Positions 29,778 to 38,533 of a stretch of DNA of 64,000 nucleotides are shown piece after piece. Both the position numbers and the translations under genes were made by a program. Every line of letters starts with the position of its first letter. Position 1 is the first letter of the stretch. The stretch spans positions 11,815 through 75,814 of the forward strand of contig MU158684.1 of NCBI GenBank assembly GCA_015711955.1, given 5' to 3'. The stretch comes from Actinomycetota bacterium (GTDB lineage: Bacteria; Actinomycetota; Geothermincolia; Geothermincolales; RBG-13-55-18). The notes beneath the pieces are model-generated. The model searched no databases, was not told where the DNA came from, and saw only the letters and a list, made by a program, of their open reading frames with translations.

Positions 29778-30968
29778 ATGATGGAGGAATACAAGGATCT
29801 CGACTACGAAGAGGTCAGGGACCTCATAAGAAGGGGGAGGGGAAGAGGCATCCTCACCCAGGACGAGATTGCGGAGCAGTTGCAGGGCTTGGACCTTTCC
29901 CCGGAGCAGATGGAGAGCCTTTACAGCCTCCTGGAGGAGAACAACATAGAGGTGTTGGAGGATCCCACTTTGGACAGCCTCCGCGACCTGGAGGAGCAGG
30001 GGGAAGAGGTACGGGACGACCTGATCGACCAGGAACTGGAGCTGGCGGGCAAGGCGGCCACCAACGACCCAGTGCGCATGTACCTGAAGGAGATAGGCAA
30101 GGTCCCCCTGCTCACGGCCCAGGAAGAGGTGGAGCTGGCCAAGAAGATCGAGGAAGGGGAGGAGGCCTCCAAGATCCTGCGGGAGAAGGGCGACCAGCTG
30201 CCTCGGGAAAAGGTGAGGGAGCTGCGGCGCAAGGAGAAAGAAGGCCAGGAGGCAAAGCGCAAGCTGGTGGAGGCCAATCTCCGCCTCGTGGTCTCTATCG
30301 CCAAGCGTTACGTGGGCCGGGGGATGCTTTTCTTGGACCTCATCCAGGAGGGAAACCTGGGACTGATCCGGGCGGTGGAGAAGTTCGACTTCCGCAAGGG
30401 ATACAAGTTCTCCACCTACGCCACCTGGTGGATCCGGCAGGCCATCACCAGGGCCATCGCCGACCAGGCCAGGACCATCCGCATCCCCGTGCACATGGTG
30501 GAGACCATAAACAAGCTGGTTAGGGTCCAGAGGCAGCTCCTGCAAGAGCTGGGTCGGGAACCCACCCCGGAGGAGATCGCCGAGCAGATGGAGATGACGC
30601 CGGAGAAGGTGCGAGAGATCATCAAGATATCCCAGGAGCCCGTCTCCCTGGAGACGCCCATCGGGGAGGAGGAGGATTCCCACCTGGGGGATTTCATCGA
30701 GGACGCGGACGCGGTGGTTCCCCTGGACGCCGCCTCTTTCATCCTCCTCCAGGAGCAGCTGGAAGAGGTGCTCAACTCGCTGAGCGAGAGGGAGAGGGAG
30801 GTCATCAAGCTCCGTTTCGGGCTGGTGGACGGGCACCCCCGCACCCTGGAGGAGGTGGGCAAGGCCTTCGGGGTGACCCGGGAGCGGATAAGGCAGATCG
30901 AGTCCAAGACCCTGGCCAAGCTGAGGCATCCCAGCCGCTCTGCCAAACTCAGGGATTACCTGGACTGA
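29778..30968 (+). CDS. rpoD: Primary (housekeeping) sigma-70 factor
   Basis: [11 protein letters not shown], the region 2 sequence [12 protein letters not shown]...[20 protein letters not shown]...[15 protein letters not shown] and the region 4 sequence [20 protein letters not shown] are present. Confidence 0.95.
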   Translation: MMEEYKDLDYEEVRDLIRRGRGRGILTQDEIAEQLQGLDLSPEQMESLYSLLEENNIEVLEDPTLDSLRDLEEQGEEVRDDLIDQELELAGKAATNDPVRMYLKEIGKVPLLTAQEEVELAKKIEEGEEASKILREKGDQLPREKVRELRRKEKEGQEAKRKLVEANLRLVVSIAKRYVGRGMLFLDLIQEGNLGLIRAVEKFDFRKGYKFSTYATWWIRQAITRAIADQARTIRIPVHMVETINKLVRVQRQLLQELGREPTPEEIAEQMEMTPEKVREIIKISQEPVSLETPIGEEEDSHLGDFIEDADAVVPLDAASFILLQEQLEEVLNSLSEREREVIKLRFGLVDGHPRTLEEVGKAFGVTRERIRQIESKTLAKLRHPSRSAKLRDYLD

Positions 30969-31000
30969 AAGGGGCGAAGCACCAAAAAAGCAGGGTTAGA

Positions 31001-31033
31001 GAAGGGGGGTTCGAGGCCAAACCCCTCTTTTTT
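31001..31033 (+). terminator. Intrinsic terminator after rpoD
   Basis: AGAAGGGGGGTT-cgaggcc-AACCCCTCTTTT forms a stem (two G-U pairs) running into a T-tract. Confidence 0.65.
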
Positions 31034-31112
31034 GTGGATCATGGTTGAGGGCCGTAACGGGTTTAGGCAGGAATCGGATATGGTCGATTCCGATCGCGAG
31101 AGGAGTCGGGAG

Positions 31113-31652
31113 ATGGAATGTCCTGCGTGTGGACGTGAGGCGGGAGATGGCGCTTCCTTCTGCTCCCAATGCGGTGCGCCTCTGGAAAGAGGGAAGACCT
31201 CGGAATGTGGTCCCGGGGATATAGGTGAGTCCTCGGCCTCTCGGTCCCCGAACCGGGCAGTGCCCGCTCCTCCCCAGGCTCCTGGCGGTCCACAGTCGCA
31301 GGCTGCCACTTCCCTCTTTCCCCCGCCTGCCTCTTCGCAGCCCTTCTATCAGTGGCAGGCACCCGTTCCGGGGCCGCTGCCCTATCCCCAGACCCTGCCC
31401 CGCACCGACGGTATGTGCGTGGCCGCCATGATCCTGGGAATCTTGGGCTCGGTTTTATTGTGGGTCCCCGTCTTGGCTTGGATTTTAGGCCTGCTGGGCA
31501 TCGTCTTCGGAGCCCTCGGAATGAAGTCGGTCAGGGATGACCCGGCGGGCCGGAGCGGGTACGGGATGGGGCTGGCAGGACTCATACTGGGCATCTTGAG
31601 CTTGGTGGGCGGGGTGATCTTGTTCATTGTGGCGGTCTCGCTCACATCTTGA
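31113..31652 (+). CDS. Zinc-ribbon / Pro-rich linker / DUF4190-like membrane protein
   Basis: The N-terminus is MECPACGREAGDGASFCSQCGAPL. The C-terminus has two hydrophobic helices. ATG at 31113 lies 7 nt after AGGAG, and earlier track starts overlap the rpoD terminator. Confidence 0.6.
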   Translation: MECPACGREAGDGASFCSQCGAPLERGKTSECGPGDIGESSASRSPNRAVPAPPQAPGGPQSQAATSLFPPPASSQPFYQWQAPVPGPLPYPQTLPRTDGMCVAAMILGILGSVLLWVPVLAWILGLLGIVFGALGMKSVRDDPAGRSGYGMGLAGLILGILSLVGGVILFIVAVSLTS

Positions 31653-31734
31653 GCTTCTCGCACTCATCCAACTGACAAGGTGAGTGGGAAAGAGCACTTT
31701 ACACAGCCTCGCGATAGCCTCGAGCCTCGTGTTT

Positions 31735-32670
31735 TCACCATCCTTCCAGAAATCCCCCCTCCCTCAGGTAGGCGTACGCGGATAGGGCGGCCTTGGCCCC
31801 CTCCCCGGCGGCGATGATGATCTGCTTCTCCTGGACGTCGGTGACGTCACCGGCTGCGAAGATGCCGGGTACGCTGGTGCGGTTGTTGGAGTCCACCATC
31901 ACCTCGCCTTTGTGGTTCAACTTCACTTCGGGGGGGAGGAAGTCAGTGCTGGGGATGCTCCCTATCTCCACGAAGACCCCCTCCACCGGAAGGCTCTGCG
32001 CCTTTCCGTCGACCTCGAAATCGATGGCCTTCACGAACCTGTCGCCCCGGATGGCGCGGATCTGGGCCCGGTAATAGACCTTGATCCGACCGTGCCCGAG
32101 GACGGCCTGGCGCCGTACCTCGTCCCCTCCCAACCTGTCCTCTATGGTCATGAGGTGTACCTCCGTGGCCAGTTCTCCCAGCTGGAGGGCGGCGTCCAGG
32201 GCGGAGTTCCCGCCCCCCACCACCGCCACCCGCTTGCCCCGGAACAAGGGAGCGTCGCAGGTGGCGCAGTAGGCCACGCCCCTTCCCCGGAACTCCCTCT
32301 CGCCCGGGACCCCCAGCGGCCTGGGGACCTTTCCGGTGGCCACTATCACGGCCGGTGCCAGGTGTTCCCCCATCGAGTGGGCCACGCCGATGAGCTGTTC
32401 CGATCTCCTTACGGAAGTCACCCGGGATCCTTCCAGGAGATCCACGTCGAAGGTCTCCAGATGGGCCCGGAACCTCTCCACCAGTTCCGCCCCGGTGATC
32501 AGCTGGTAGCCCAGGTAGTTCTCCACCTCCCAGGACCAGGCGGCCTGTCCTCCTACGTTCTCCGAGATGACCAGGGTGCGCAGCATCTTCCTGGCGCAGT
32601 ATACGCCCGCCGATAGGCCAGCGGGTCCGGCGCCTATGATAATCACGTCCGCGTGGGGCTGTTTTTCCAT
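31735..32670 (-). CDS. trxB: Thioredoxin-disulfide reductase-like flavoprotein
   Basis: GAGPAGLSAG, the redox centre GVAYCATCDAPLF, GGGNSALD and AAGDV are present. Confidence 0.85.
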   Translation of the reverse strand: MEKQPHADVIIIGAGPAGLSAGVYCARKMLRTLVISENVGGQAAWSWEVENYLGYQLITGAELVERFRAHLETFDVDLLEGSRVTSVRRSEQLIGVAHSMGEHLAPAVIVATGKVPRPLGVPGEREFRGRGVAYCATCDAPLFRGKRVAVVGGGNSALDAALQLGELATEVHLMTIEDRLGGDEVRRQAVLGHGRIKVYYRAQIRAIRGDRFVKAIDFEVDGKAQSLPVEGVFVEIGSIPSTDFLPPEVKLNHKGEVMVDSNNRTSVPGIFAAGDVTDVQEKQIIIAAGEGAKAALSAYAYLREGGFLEGW

Positions 32671-32724
32671 TTTGCAGCTTGGTACGGCCCTTGATCCACG
32701 CCCGCCAGCAGCGCAGGGTCTAGA

Positions 32725-34614
32725 TCACTGATCCCCCCGCCACTGCTCAGCCGCCGCCGGGGTCTCCAAGTCCCGTTTTTCTTCCCTCAGGGAGGCAAGG
32801 AGACGGCGGAACTCCTCTCCCTCCAGCGTCTCCTTTTCCAAGAGTACCTCGGTGATCCTCTCCAAAGCGTCCCGGTTCTCCTGGAGCAACTTCTTCACCC
32901 GCTCGTAGTTCTCCAGGACGATCCTTTTGACCTCGGCGTCCACCAGCTGGGCAGTGGCCTCGCTGTAGTTGGCCTCCTTGCCGTAGGAGTACTCGCCCAT
33001 GAGCAGCCTTGCCGCCCTCTCCCAGCCCAGGGAGAGAGGTCCCACCCGATCGCTCATCCCGTAGTCCTCCACCATTTTGCGGGCCAGGATGGTGGCCTTC
33101 TCCAGGTCGTTCTGGGCCCCGGTGGACACCTCCCCGAAAAAGACCTCCTCGGCGGCCCTCCCTCCCAATAGGACCGCCAGTCGGTCCTCCAGCTCCCTCC
33201 TGGTCAGGATGTAGCGGTCCTCCTCCGGTAACTGCATGGTCATGCCCAGGGAGCCGATACCGCGCGGGATTACGGTGATCCGGTGCACCGGGTCCGCGTT
33301 CTCCAGCAGGGAGGCGGTCAGGGCGTGGCCCACCTCGTGCACCGCCACCACCCGCCTCTCCTTTTCGCTCATAACCCGGCTCTTGAGCTCCAGGCCGCCG
33401 ATGACCCGGTCGATGGCTTGCTCGAAGTCCTCCATGTCCACTCGACTCTTCCCCTTGCGGGCGGCCAGCAGGGCGGCTTCGTTGACCACGTTGGCCAGTT
33501 CCGCCCCAGCGAAACCGGGAGTGCGGGCGGCGATGACCTTGAGGTCCACGTCAGGAGCCAGTTTCACCCGTCGGGCGTGCACTTTGAGGATCTCCTCCCG
33601 GCCCTTGATGTCCGGCCGGTCTATCATTATCTGCCGGTCGAAGCGTCCCGGGCGCAGGATGGCCTTGTCCAGCACTTCGGGGCGGTTGGTGGCGGCCAAG
33701 ATGATCACCCCCGTCTGGGGGTCGAATCCGTCCATCTCCGAGAGCAGCTGGTTTAGGGTCTGTTCCCTTTCCTCCACACCTCCGCTGGCGATGATGCCCC
33801 CTCGCACCTTGGCTATGGTGTCTATCTCGTCGATGAAGACTATGCAGGGCGCCTTGGCCTTGGCCTGTTCGAATAGGTCGCGCACCCTGGCCGCTCCCAC
33901 CCCCACGAACATCTCCATGAACTGGGACCCGCTGATGGAAAAGAAAGGCACGTCCGCTTCCCCCGCGACCGCTCGGGCGAGCAGGGTCTTCCCGGTGCCG
34001 GGTGGCCCCACCAGCAGCACCCCTTTGGGTATGCGTGCCCCGATCTTCCTGTATTTGTCGGGATGGCGGAGGAAATCGATGATTTCCTTTAGCTCCTCTT
34101 TGGCCTCGTCCAGACCGGCGACGTCGTCGAACGTGACCCGGTCCTTGCTGCGGTCATAGATCTTCACTTTGGACTGCCCGAAGGATAGGGGGCTGCTGCC
34201 GCCGACCCTACGGGAAAGCCTGCGGAATATGAGGAGCCAAACCAGGACCAGTATGCCGATGGGTATCAACCATGAGTAGAGTAGATCCCGCCAGAAGGTG
34301 TTCTCCACCTTGCCGGAGAACTGCACTCCCTTTTCTTCCATCTTTTGGATGAGGCCCTCGATGTCAGAGTTGGGGATGCGGGTGGTGACGAAGTTCCTCT
34401 CGGTGCCGTCGTCCCCCGTTCGCATCACCCCCTCTATCCTGCTTTCGGTGATGACGGCTTTCACCACCTCGCCGGCCTCCAGGCGGGCGAGAAAGTCGCT
34501 GTAGCTGATCTCCGCGGGGCGGAAAGGATGGGCCAGTTGCAGGGAGAGTAGAAAGGCCACGGCGATGGCCCCGTAGACCAGATAGAGCAGGGTTTTCCTT
34601 CTCTTTTCGTCCAT
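32725..34614 (-). CDS. ftsH: ATP-dependent zinc metalloprotease FtsH
   Basis: GPPGTGKT, the AAA second region of homology and the zinc site HEVGHAL are present, with an N-terminal TM pair. Confidence 0.95.
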   Translation of the reverse strand: MDEKRRKTLLYLVYGAIAVAFLLSLQLAHPFRPAEISYSDFLARLEAGEVVKAVITESRIEGVMRTGDDGTERNFVTTRIPNSDIEGLIQKMEEKGVQFSGKVENTFWRDLLYSWLIPIGILVLVWLLIFRRLSRRVGGSSPLSFGQSKVKIYDRSKDRVTFDDVAGLDEAKEELKEIIDFLRHPDKYRKIGARIPKGVLLVGPPGTGKTLLARAVAGEADVPFFSISGSQFMEMFVGVGAARVRDLFEQAKAKAPCIVFIDEIDTIAKVRGGIIASGGVEEREQTLNQLLSEMDGFDPQTGVIILAATNRPEVLDKAILRPGRFDRQIMIDRPDIKGREEILKVHARRVKLAPDVDLKVIAARTPGFAGAELANVVNEAALLAARKGKSRVDMEDFEQAIDRVIGGLELKSRVMSEKERRVVAVHEVGHALTASLLENADPVHRITVIPRGIGSLGMTMQLPEEDRYILTRRELEDRLAVLLGGRAAEEVFFGEVSTGAQNDLEKATILARKMVEDYGMSDRVGPLSLGWERAARLLMGEYSYGKEANYSEATAQLVDAEVKRIVLENYERVKKLLQENRDALERITEVLLEKETLEGEEFRRLLASLREEKRDLETPAAAEQWRGDQ

Positions 34615-35056
34615 AAGGCTATTATAGCGGTGCCAGAGGTGGGAGGCTTGACCTATGTCGAGCCGGGGGGTTCCTTTCGTAACCTCGCGGGAACCTCATC
34701 CCATTTTTAAAGGTTAACCCATAGCCTGGACGGGACCGGCGGGGTCCGGAAGGGGCTTTGTCTTCGAGGCTCCACCGTTCTTAGCCCCACGGAGATGGGA
34801 ACATATCTCGGCCTGGGTCCACGCTGCGGAGGGATAAGCCAAGGCCGAGCCGATCGTCAGGGCGATGAGGCCCGGCAAAAAGCCCATGCCATGCGCCCGC
34901 CGAGCGTGACCATGATAAGATGTATTTCCATCCTCCTAAACCCCCGTTTCCTAGCTGGCTGGCAAGCCTGTGCGTTTACTGACCTCCTGAAAAAACGCGA
35001 TGAGATGGCGGCCTTCGCCACTGTTGCCGTAAAGCTCCCGGCTCTTCTCGAGAAGG

Positions 35057-35195
35057 GTCCCCTGCCAGGGGCTTTGAACGCGCGTTCCGGGTTTATCCTT
35101 CGGGCCGGGAATTTTTTACCTACACCTCGTCCCCTCCCAGAGGCCTTGAACGTGCGTTTCGGGTTTATCCGCATGCCTTACCGGGAATATCTAAA
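35057..35195. repeat. Two-copy tandem repeat (period 72 bp) upstream of the ferritin-like gene
   Basis: The 42-nt core gtcccctGccagGggcTttgaacgCgcgttCcgggtttatcc (35057) recurs at 35129 with 5 mismatches. A shared CCGGGAAT follows each core after an indel. Copy 1 contains the perfect palindrome GAACGCGCGTTC. Confidence 0.7.
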
Positions 35196-35271
35196 TAGGC
35201 GTATCCCGAGGGCGTGGCTCACGAGGTCCTTGGACTCAAGGCTGGGACGCGAGCGAGGAAAGGAGGTAAGT

Positions 35272-35553
35272 ATGCTCTCGCAAATTCCCTTCGAATTGAG
35301 CAAGCTCAGCGGCGATGACCTGGATCGGGAGATCTTGCGCGTGGCCATCATAGCCGAGCTGGACGCCATAAACCTCTACGAGCAGCTAGCCTCCATGACC
35401 GATAACAAGCTGATGAAGAAGGTTTTCCTGGACGTGGCGCGCGAGGAGAAGACCCACGTGGGCGAGTTCCAGGCCCTTCTTTTGATGCGGGACGAGGAAC
35501 AGGTCAAGGAGCTCGAGGAAGGCAAGGAAGAAGTGGAAGAGCTCAAAGACTGA
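35272..35553 (+). CDS. Small ferritin-like di-iron protein, EncFtn (encapsulated-ferritin)-like
   Basis: The product is 93 aa. [11 protein letters not shown] ... [11 protein letters not shown] matches the EncFtn metal-ligand pattern (E...ExxH) as I recall it. ATG at 35272 after AAGGAGG. The rest of track ORF 34795..35553 is non-coding leader. Confidence 0.6.
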   Translation: MLSQIPFELSKLSGDDLDREILRVAIIAELDAINLYEQLASMTDNKLMKKVFLDVAREEKTHVGEFQALLLMRDEEQVKELEEGKEEVEELKD

Positions 35554-35791
35554 GACCGATACGCGTCGAGAAGAGCGGAATGGATTGAATAACCGCGTCC
35601 GATTCGAGCAAGGGGCACAACAGGCGTTCAGAAATGACCAGTTTCCACGGCGAGGAGGAGGTGATGGAATGGGTGCTCAGGGAAAGCCCGAGGACAAATG
35701 CGTCACTCCGGCCAAAGGGCCGATATTGCCTGAGGAGTCCGATGCTCTCGCGTCGGATGCCGCCCGAAAGATCGGCGCTGAGGAGGTGGGC

Positions 35792-36400
35792 ATGAAAGTG
35801 TTGGCCAAGGTGGGAGGAAAGGCACCGGACTTCGAGGCCAGTGCCTACTTGGACGGGGGCTTCAGGAACATAAGGCTTTCCGATTACCGGGGAAAGTGGG
35901 TGGTCCTCTGTTTTTACCCCGGTGATTTCACCTTCGTATGACCGACCGAGCTGGCGGCGGTCGCCGCCAGGTATGGGGAGCTGAAAGAGCTCGGGGTGGA
36001 GGTGCTGGCCATCAGTGTGGACAGCCGCTTCAGTCACAAGATCTGGCAGGAAGTGGAGCTTTCCAAGATGGTGGAGGGAGGGGTGCCCTTCCCCCTGCTG
36101 AGCGACCCGGGAGGAAAGATAGGGCAGGTCTACGGGGTATACGACGAGGAATCCGGCGTCAACATCCGCGGGAGGTTCCTCATCGACCCCGAGGGCGTCA
36201 TCCAGGCCATGGAGGTGCTCACTCCTCCAGTGGGCCGCAACGTGAGCGAGCTCATCCGGCAGGTGAAGGCCTACCAGCACGTGGCGGCCACTGGCGAGGT
36301 GACCCCCTCCGGATGGCAGCCTGGTAAGCCCACCCTGAAGCCTGGCCCCGATCTGGTGGGCAGGGTCTGGGAGGTCTGGAAGCCGGAGTACGCCTCCTGA
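35792..36400 (+). CDS. prxU: Selenocysteine-containing peroxiredoxin (AhpC/Prx1 type), Sec encoded by TGA at 35939-35941
   Basis: Track ORFs 35585..35941 and 35996..36400 share one frame. Read-through gives ...[25 protein letters not shown]..., the universal FTFVCPTE motif with TGA in place of the Cys codon. ATG at 35792 after GAGGAGG. The product is 202 aa. Confidence 0.8.
35951..35970 (+). promoter_or_regulatory. SECIS-like hairpin
   Basis: Perfect 8-bp stem CTGGCGGC/GCCGCCAG with GGTC loop. It starts 9 nt after the TGA, and the loop lies about 18 nt from the UGA. Confidence 0.7.
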
Positions 36401-36431
36401 AATAGGACAACGGGACAAGGGAATCTCCGAG

Positions 36432-36462
36432 AACCGGGAACCGCTGGTTCCCGGTTTATTAT
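36432..36462 (+). terminator. Intrinsic terminator after the peroxiredoxin gene
   Basis: AACCGGGAACC-gct-GGTTCCCGGTT followed by TATTATT. Confidence 0.65.
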
Positions 36463-36617
36463 TCGGCCACCCCTCGACCTGCCGGGATGTTGATGGACCT
36501 TACCTGCGGAACCACCTTATTTGGCTCGGGACGGGGATTAGGCGAGGGCTTGGGACGTCTGGGGGTGCCAGGCAAACGGGAAGCGATAGAAAGCAACCCT
36601 GTTTTTTGACGAGCCAA

Positions 36618-36647
36618 GAGGAAGGCCCCTTTCTCGGGGCCTTCCTC
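36618..36647. other. Perfect 12-bp hairpin in the convergent gap (possible U-tract-less terminator for dfx)
   Basis: GAGGAAGGCCCC-tttctc-GGGGCCTTCCTC. There is no adjacent T-tract on either strand. Confidence 0.4.
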
Positions 36648-36769
36648 GGACCTTCCGTGATCTTCCATCCCCCTGGTTGCCGCGTCCCCACTCCGCAGCG
36701 GCAAGGCCGTTCTGGCCCTGCGTCAAGGAAGGTGCGGCACCAAGATGGGGCGACTTCGCCCAATGGTGT

Positions 36770-37147
36770 TCAGGATGACTTCCACAATCCATGCAGGTTG
36801 CAGTACTCCCGGGCGGTTATCCCGTCGGTGGGTACGGTGAAGTCGCCTCGGGGGTCGATGCCTGGTTTGAGGAAGATACGGTAGCTCTTGTCCCCGGCGA
36901 TGATCTGGACCCACTCTATGTAGTGTTCCTCGGTCATGGGATGGGCCACCTCGCCCACTTTGACCATGACCCCCTCGGGGGTGACTTCCACCACCGGGAC
37001 GTGTTTCTCCACCGCCGCGTCCACGGTGTTCTCCACCTGGAGCGCCATGGGCTCTCCGCAGCAAACCAGCTCTCCCTGGCCTTCGTGGAGCACTTCCACT
37101 ATGTTTCCACATACCTCGCACTTGTAGATCTGGAGCCTCTCGGTCAT
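36770..37147 (-). CDS. dfx: Desulfoferrodoxin (2Fe superoxide reductase)
   Basis: The N-terminal desulforedoxin site is YKCEVCGNIVEV...LVCCGEPM. The C-terminal SOR domain has HPMTEEHYIEW...CNLHGLW. Confidence 0.9.
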   Translation of the reverse strand: MTERLQIYKCEVCGNIVEVLHEGQGELVCCGEPMALQVENTVDAAVEKHVPVVEVTPEGVMVKVGEVAHPMTEEHYIEWVQIIAGDKSYRIFLKPGIDPRGDFTVPTDGITAREYCNLHGLWKSS

Positions 37148-37166
37148 CTCACCTTCCCCCTCGTCA

Positions 37167-37676
37167 CTAGAACTCCACGAACTTATCCTTGGACGCCCCG
37201 CAAATGGGGCACTTCTCCGGCGCTTCTCCTTCCCGTGTATGTCCGCAGACGCTGCAAATCTGTATCTTGCCGATGGAGATGTCGGACCCTCTTTCCACCG
37301 CCTCCTTGGCCTTCTTGTACCAGTCGGCGTGGATCTTCTCGGCCTCCAAGGCGTAATGGGTGCTTCTCACCGCGTCCTTTTCGTCCTGGAACTTGGCCGC
37401 CTCGTGGAAGACGGGATACATCTCCTCTATCTCGTAGGTCTCGCCCTCGATGCAGCTCTGGATGTTGTCCGCAGAGGATCGGATACCGCCCAGCACTTCG
37501 AGATGGTTTCCCGCGTGGACCAGCTCCGCGTAGGCGATGGCCCGGAACATGCGGGCAAGTTCCCTGAGACCTTCCTCATCGGCCTTGCGGGCGAAGTGCA
37601 TATATTTCATGTGGGCCATGCTCTCACCGGCGAAGGCCTCGTTGAGGAATTTCTCCGTCATCTTCCTCATGCTCAT
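37167..37676 (-). CDS. rbr: Rubrerythrin
   Basis: The di-iron four-helix motifs are [10 protein letters not shown]...[10 protein letters not shown]...GETYE...ALEAEKIH. The C-terminal rubredoxin site is CSVCG...CPICG. Confidence 0.9.
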   Translation of the reverse strand: MSMRKMTEKFLNEAFAGESMAHMKYMHFARKADEEGLRELARMFRAIAYAELVHAGNHLEVLGGIRSSADNIQSCIEGETYEIEEMYPVFHEAAKFQDEKDAVRSTHYALEAEKIHADWYKKAKEAVERGSDISIGKIQICSVCGHTREGEAPEKCPICGASKDKFVEF

Positions 37677-37725
37677 CCCTCCTTGTCCACAGTCCCAATC
37701 TGATCTCGTCCTTTACACGATCATA

Positions 37726-37737
37726 GGAAATATTTCC
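37726..37737. promoter_or_regulatory. Candidate operator palindrome upstream of rbr
   Basis: Perfect palindrome GGAAATATTTCC about 50 nt upstream of the rbr start codon, in an AT-rich patch. Confidence 0.3.
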
Positions 37738-37839
37738 GTCTTCCCGTCTCAATAAACCGGGCGTGTGATGGGTGAGGTTGATCTATGTCATGGCAGATGG
37801 TGAGGAACTCGAGCGCCACGGTATTGCCCGCAAGGACGT

Positions 37840-38472
37840 TCAGCCCACCCGTTTTCCCAACAGGGCCCTGACCGGAGAGGCCTCCGCTCCCACAAGCCTG
37901 AGCGGCAGACATAGGAGTAGGTATTTCCCCGGTGTCACCCCTCTCAAGTCGAGGCCCTCCAGGATCCATATACCGGCCTCGGCGAGGATCCTGTGAACTT
38001 CCCCGTCCCCGTCCCAGGGTTCCACCGACAGGTAGTCGATGCCCACCAAGGCAATGCTACGGTCGGCAAGGAAGCGAGCAGCTTCGCAGGTGAGCGCGAC
38101 ATAGTCCTGGCGGAATTCCTCGGTTTCATAAAAACGGGAATTCATCGTCTTGAAGAGGATCCTATCCCCCTCGGACGGATCTACGCGACGAATGTCCTCC
38201 AACCCGATATGGTCACGGCCCATGTACTCCACCACTCTGGCCGAACCCAGGACGGCCTGTGGGGGAAGGTCATCAACCGATCTCCCCCCCGGCAGGCAGT
38301 GGAGGGGAGCGTCCATGTGGGTGCCGCAATGGAGGCTCATGGAAACCGAGGAGACCCTGTAATTCCCCTCCTGGCACGTCCTTACGGTGAGGCGGAAGGG
38401 CTCGTCCCCCGGCCATAGGGGAAGCCCCCCTGAAAGGGGCAGGCTCACGTCAATCCACCGATATCCCTCCAT
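37840..38472 (-). CDS. Cyclase-family protein / arylformamidase (KynB-like)
   Basis: The metal motif is HCGTHMDAPLH, and GIDYLSVE is present. Confidence 0.8.
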   Translation of the reverse strand: MEGYRWIDVSLPLSGGLPLWPGDEPFRLTVRTCQEGNYRVSSVSMSLHCGTHMDAPLHCLPGGRSVDDLPPQAVLGSARVVEYMGRDHIGLEDIRRVDPSEGDRILFKTMNSRFYETEEFRQDYVALTCEAARFLADRSIALVGIDYLSVEPWDGDGEVHRILAEAGIWILEGLDLRGVTPGKYLLLCLPLRLVGAEASPVRALLGKRVG

Positions 38473-38533
38473 CGATATCGTCCTCCCCTCCTTGGAGCGC
38501 TGGGAACGAACGACGGGTGGCCCTCCTCACAGT

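Noticed and set aside
29742-30929. 395-aa minus-strand ORF
   Set aside because: It is antisense to rpoD across its full length. It is rich in Leu/Gln/His/Pro with no motifs.
35939-35941. Interpreting the TGA in the peroxiredoxin as a pseudogenising nonsense mutation
   Set aside because: The stop falls exactly on the catalytic Cys codon. The downstream half stays in frame and is fully intact. A SECIS-like hairpin follows at the expected distance. Selenocysteine recoding is the better explanation, pending a check for sel genes.
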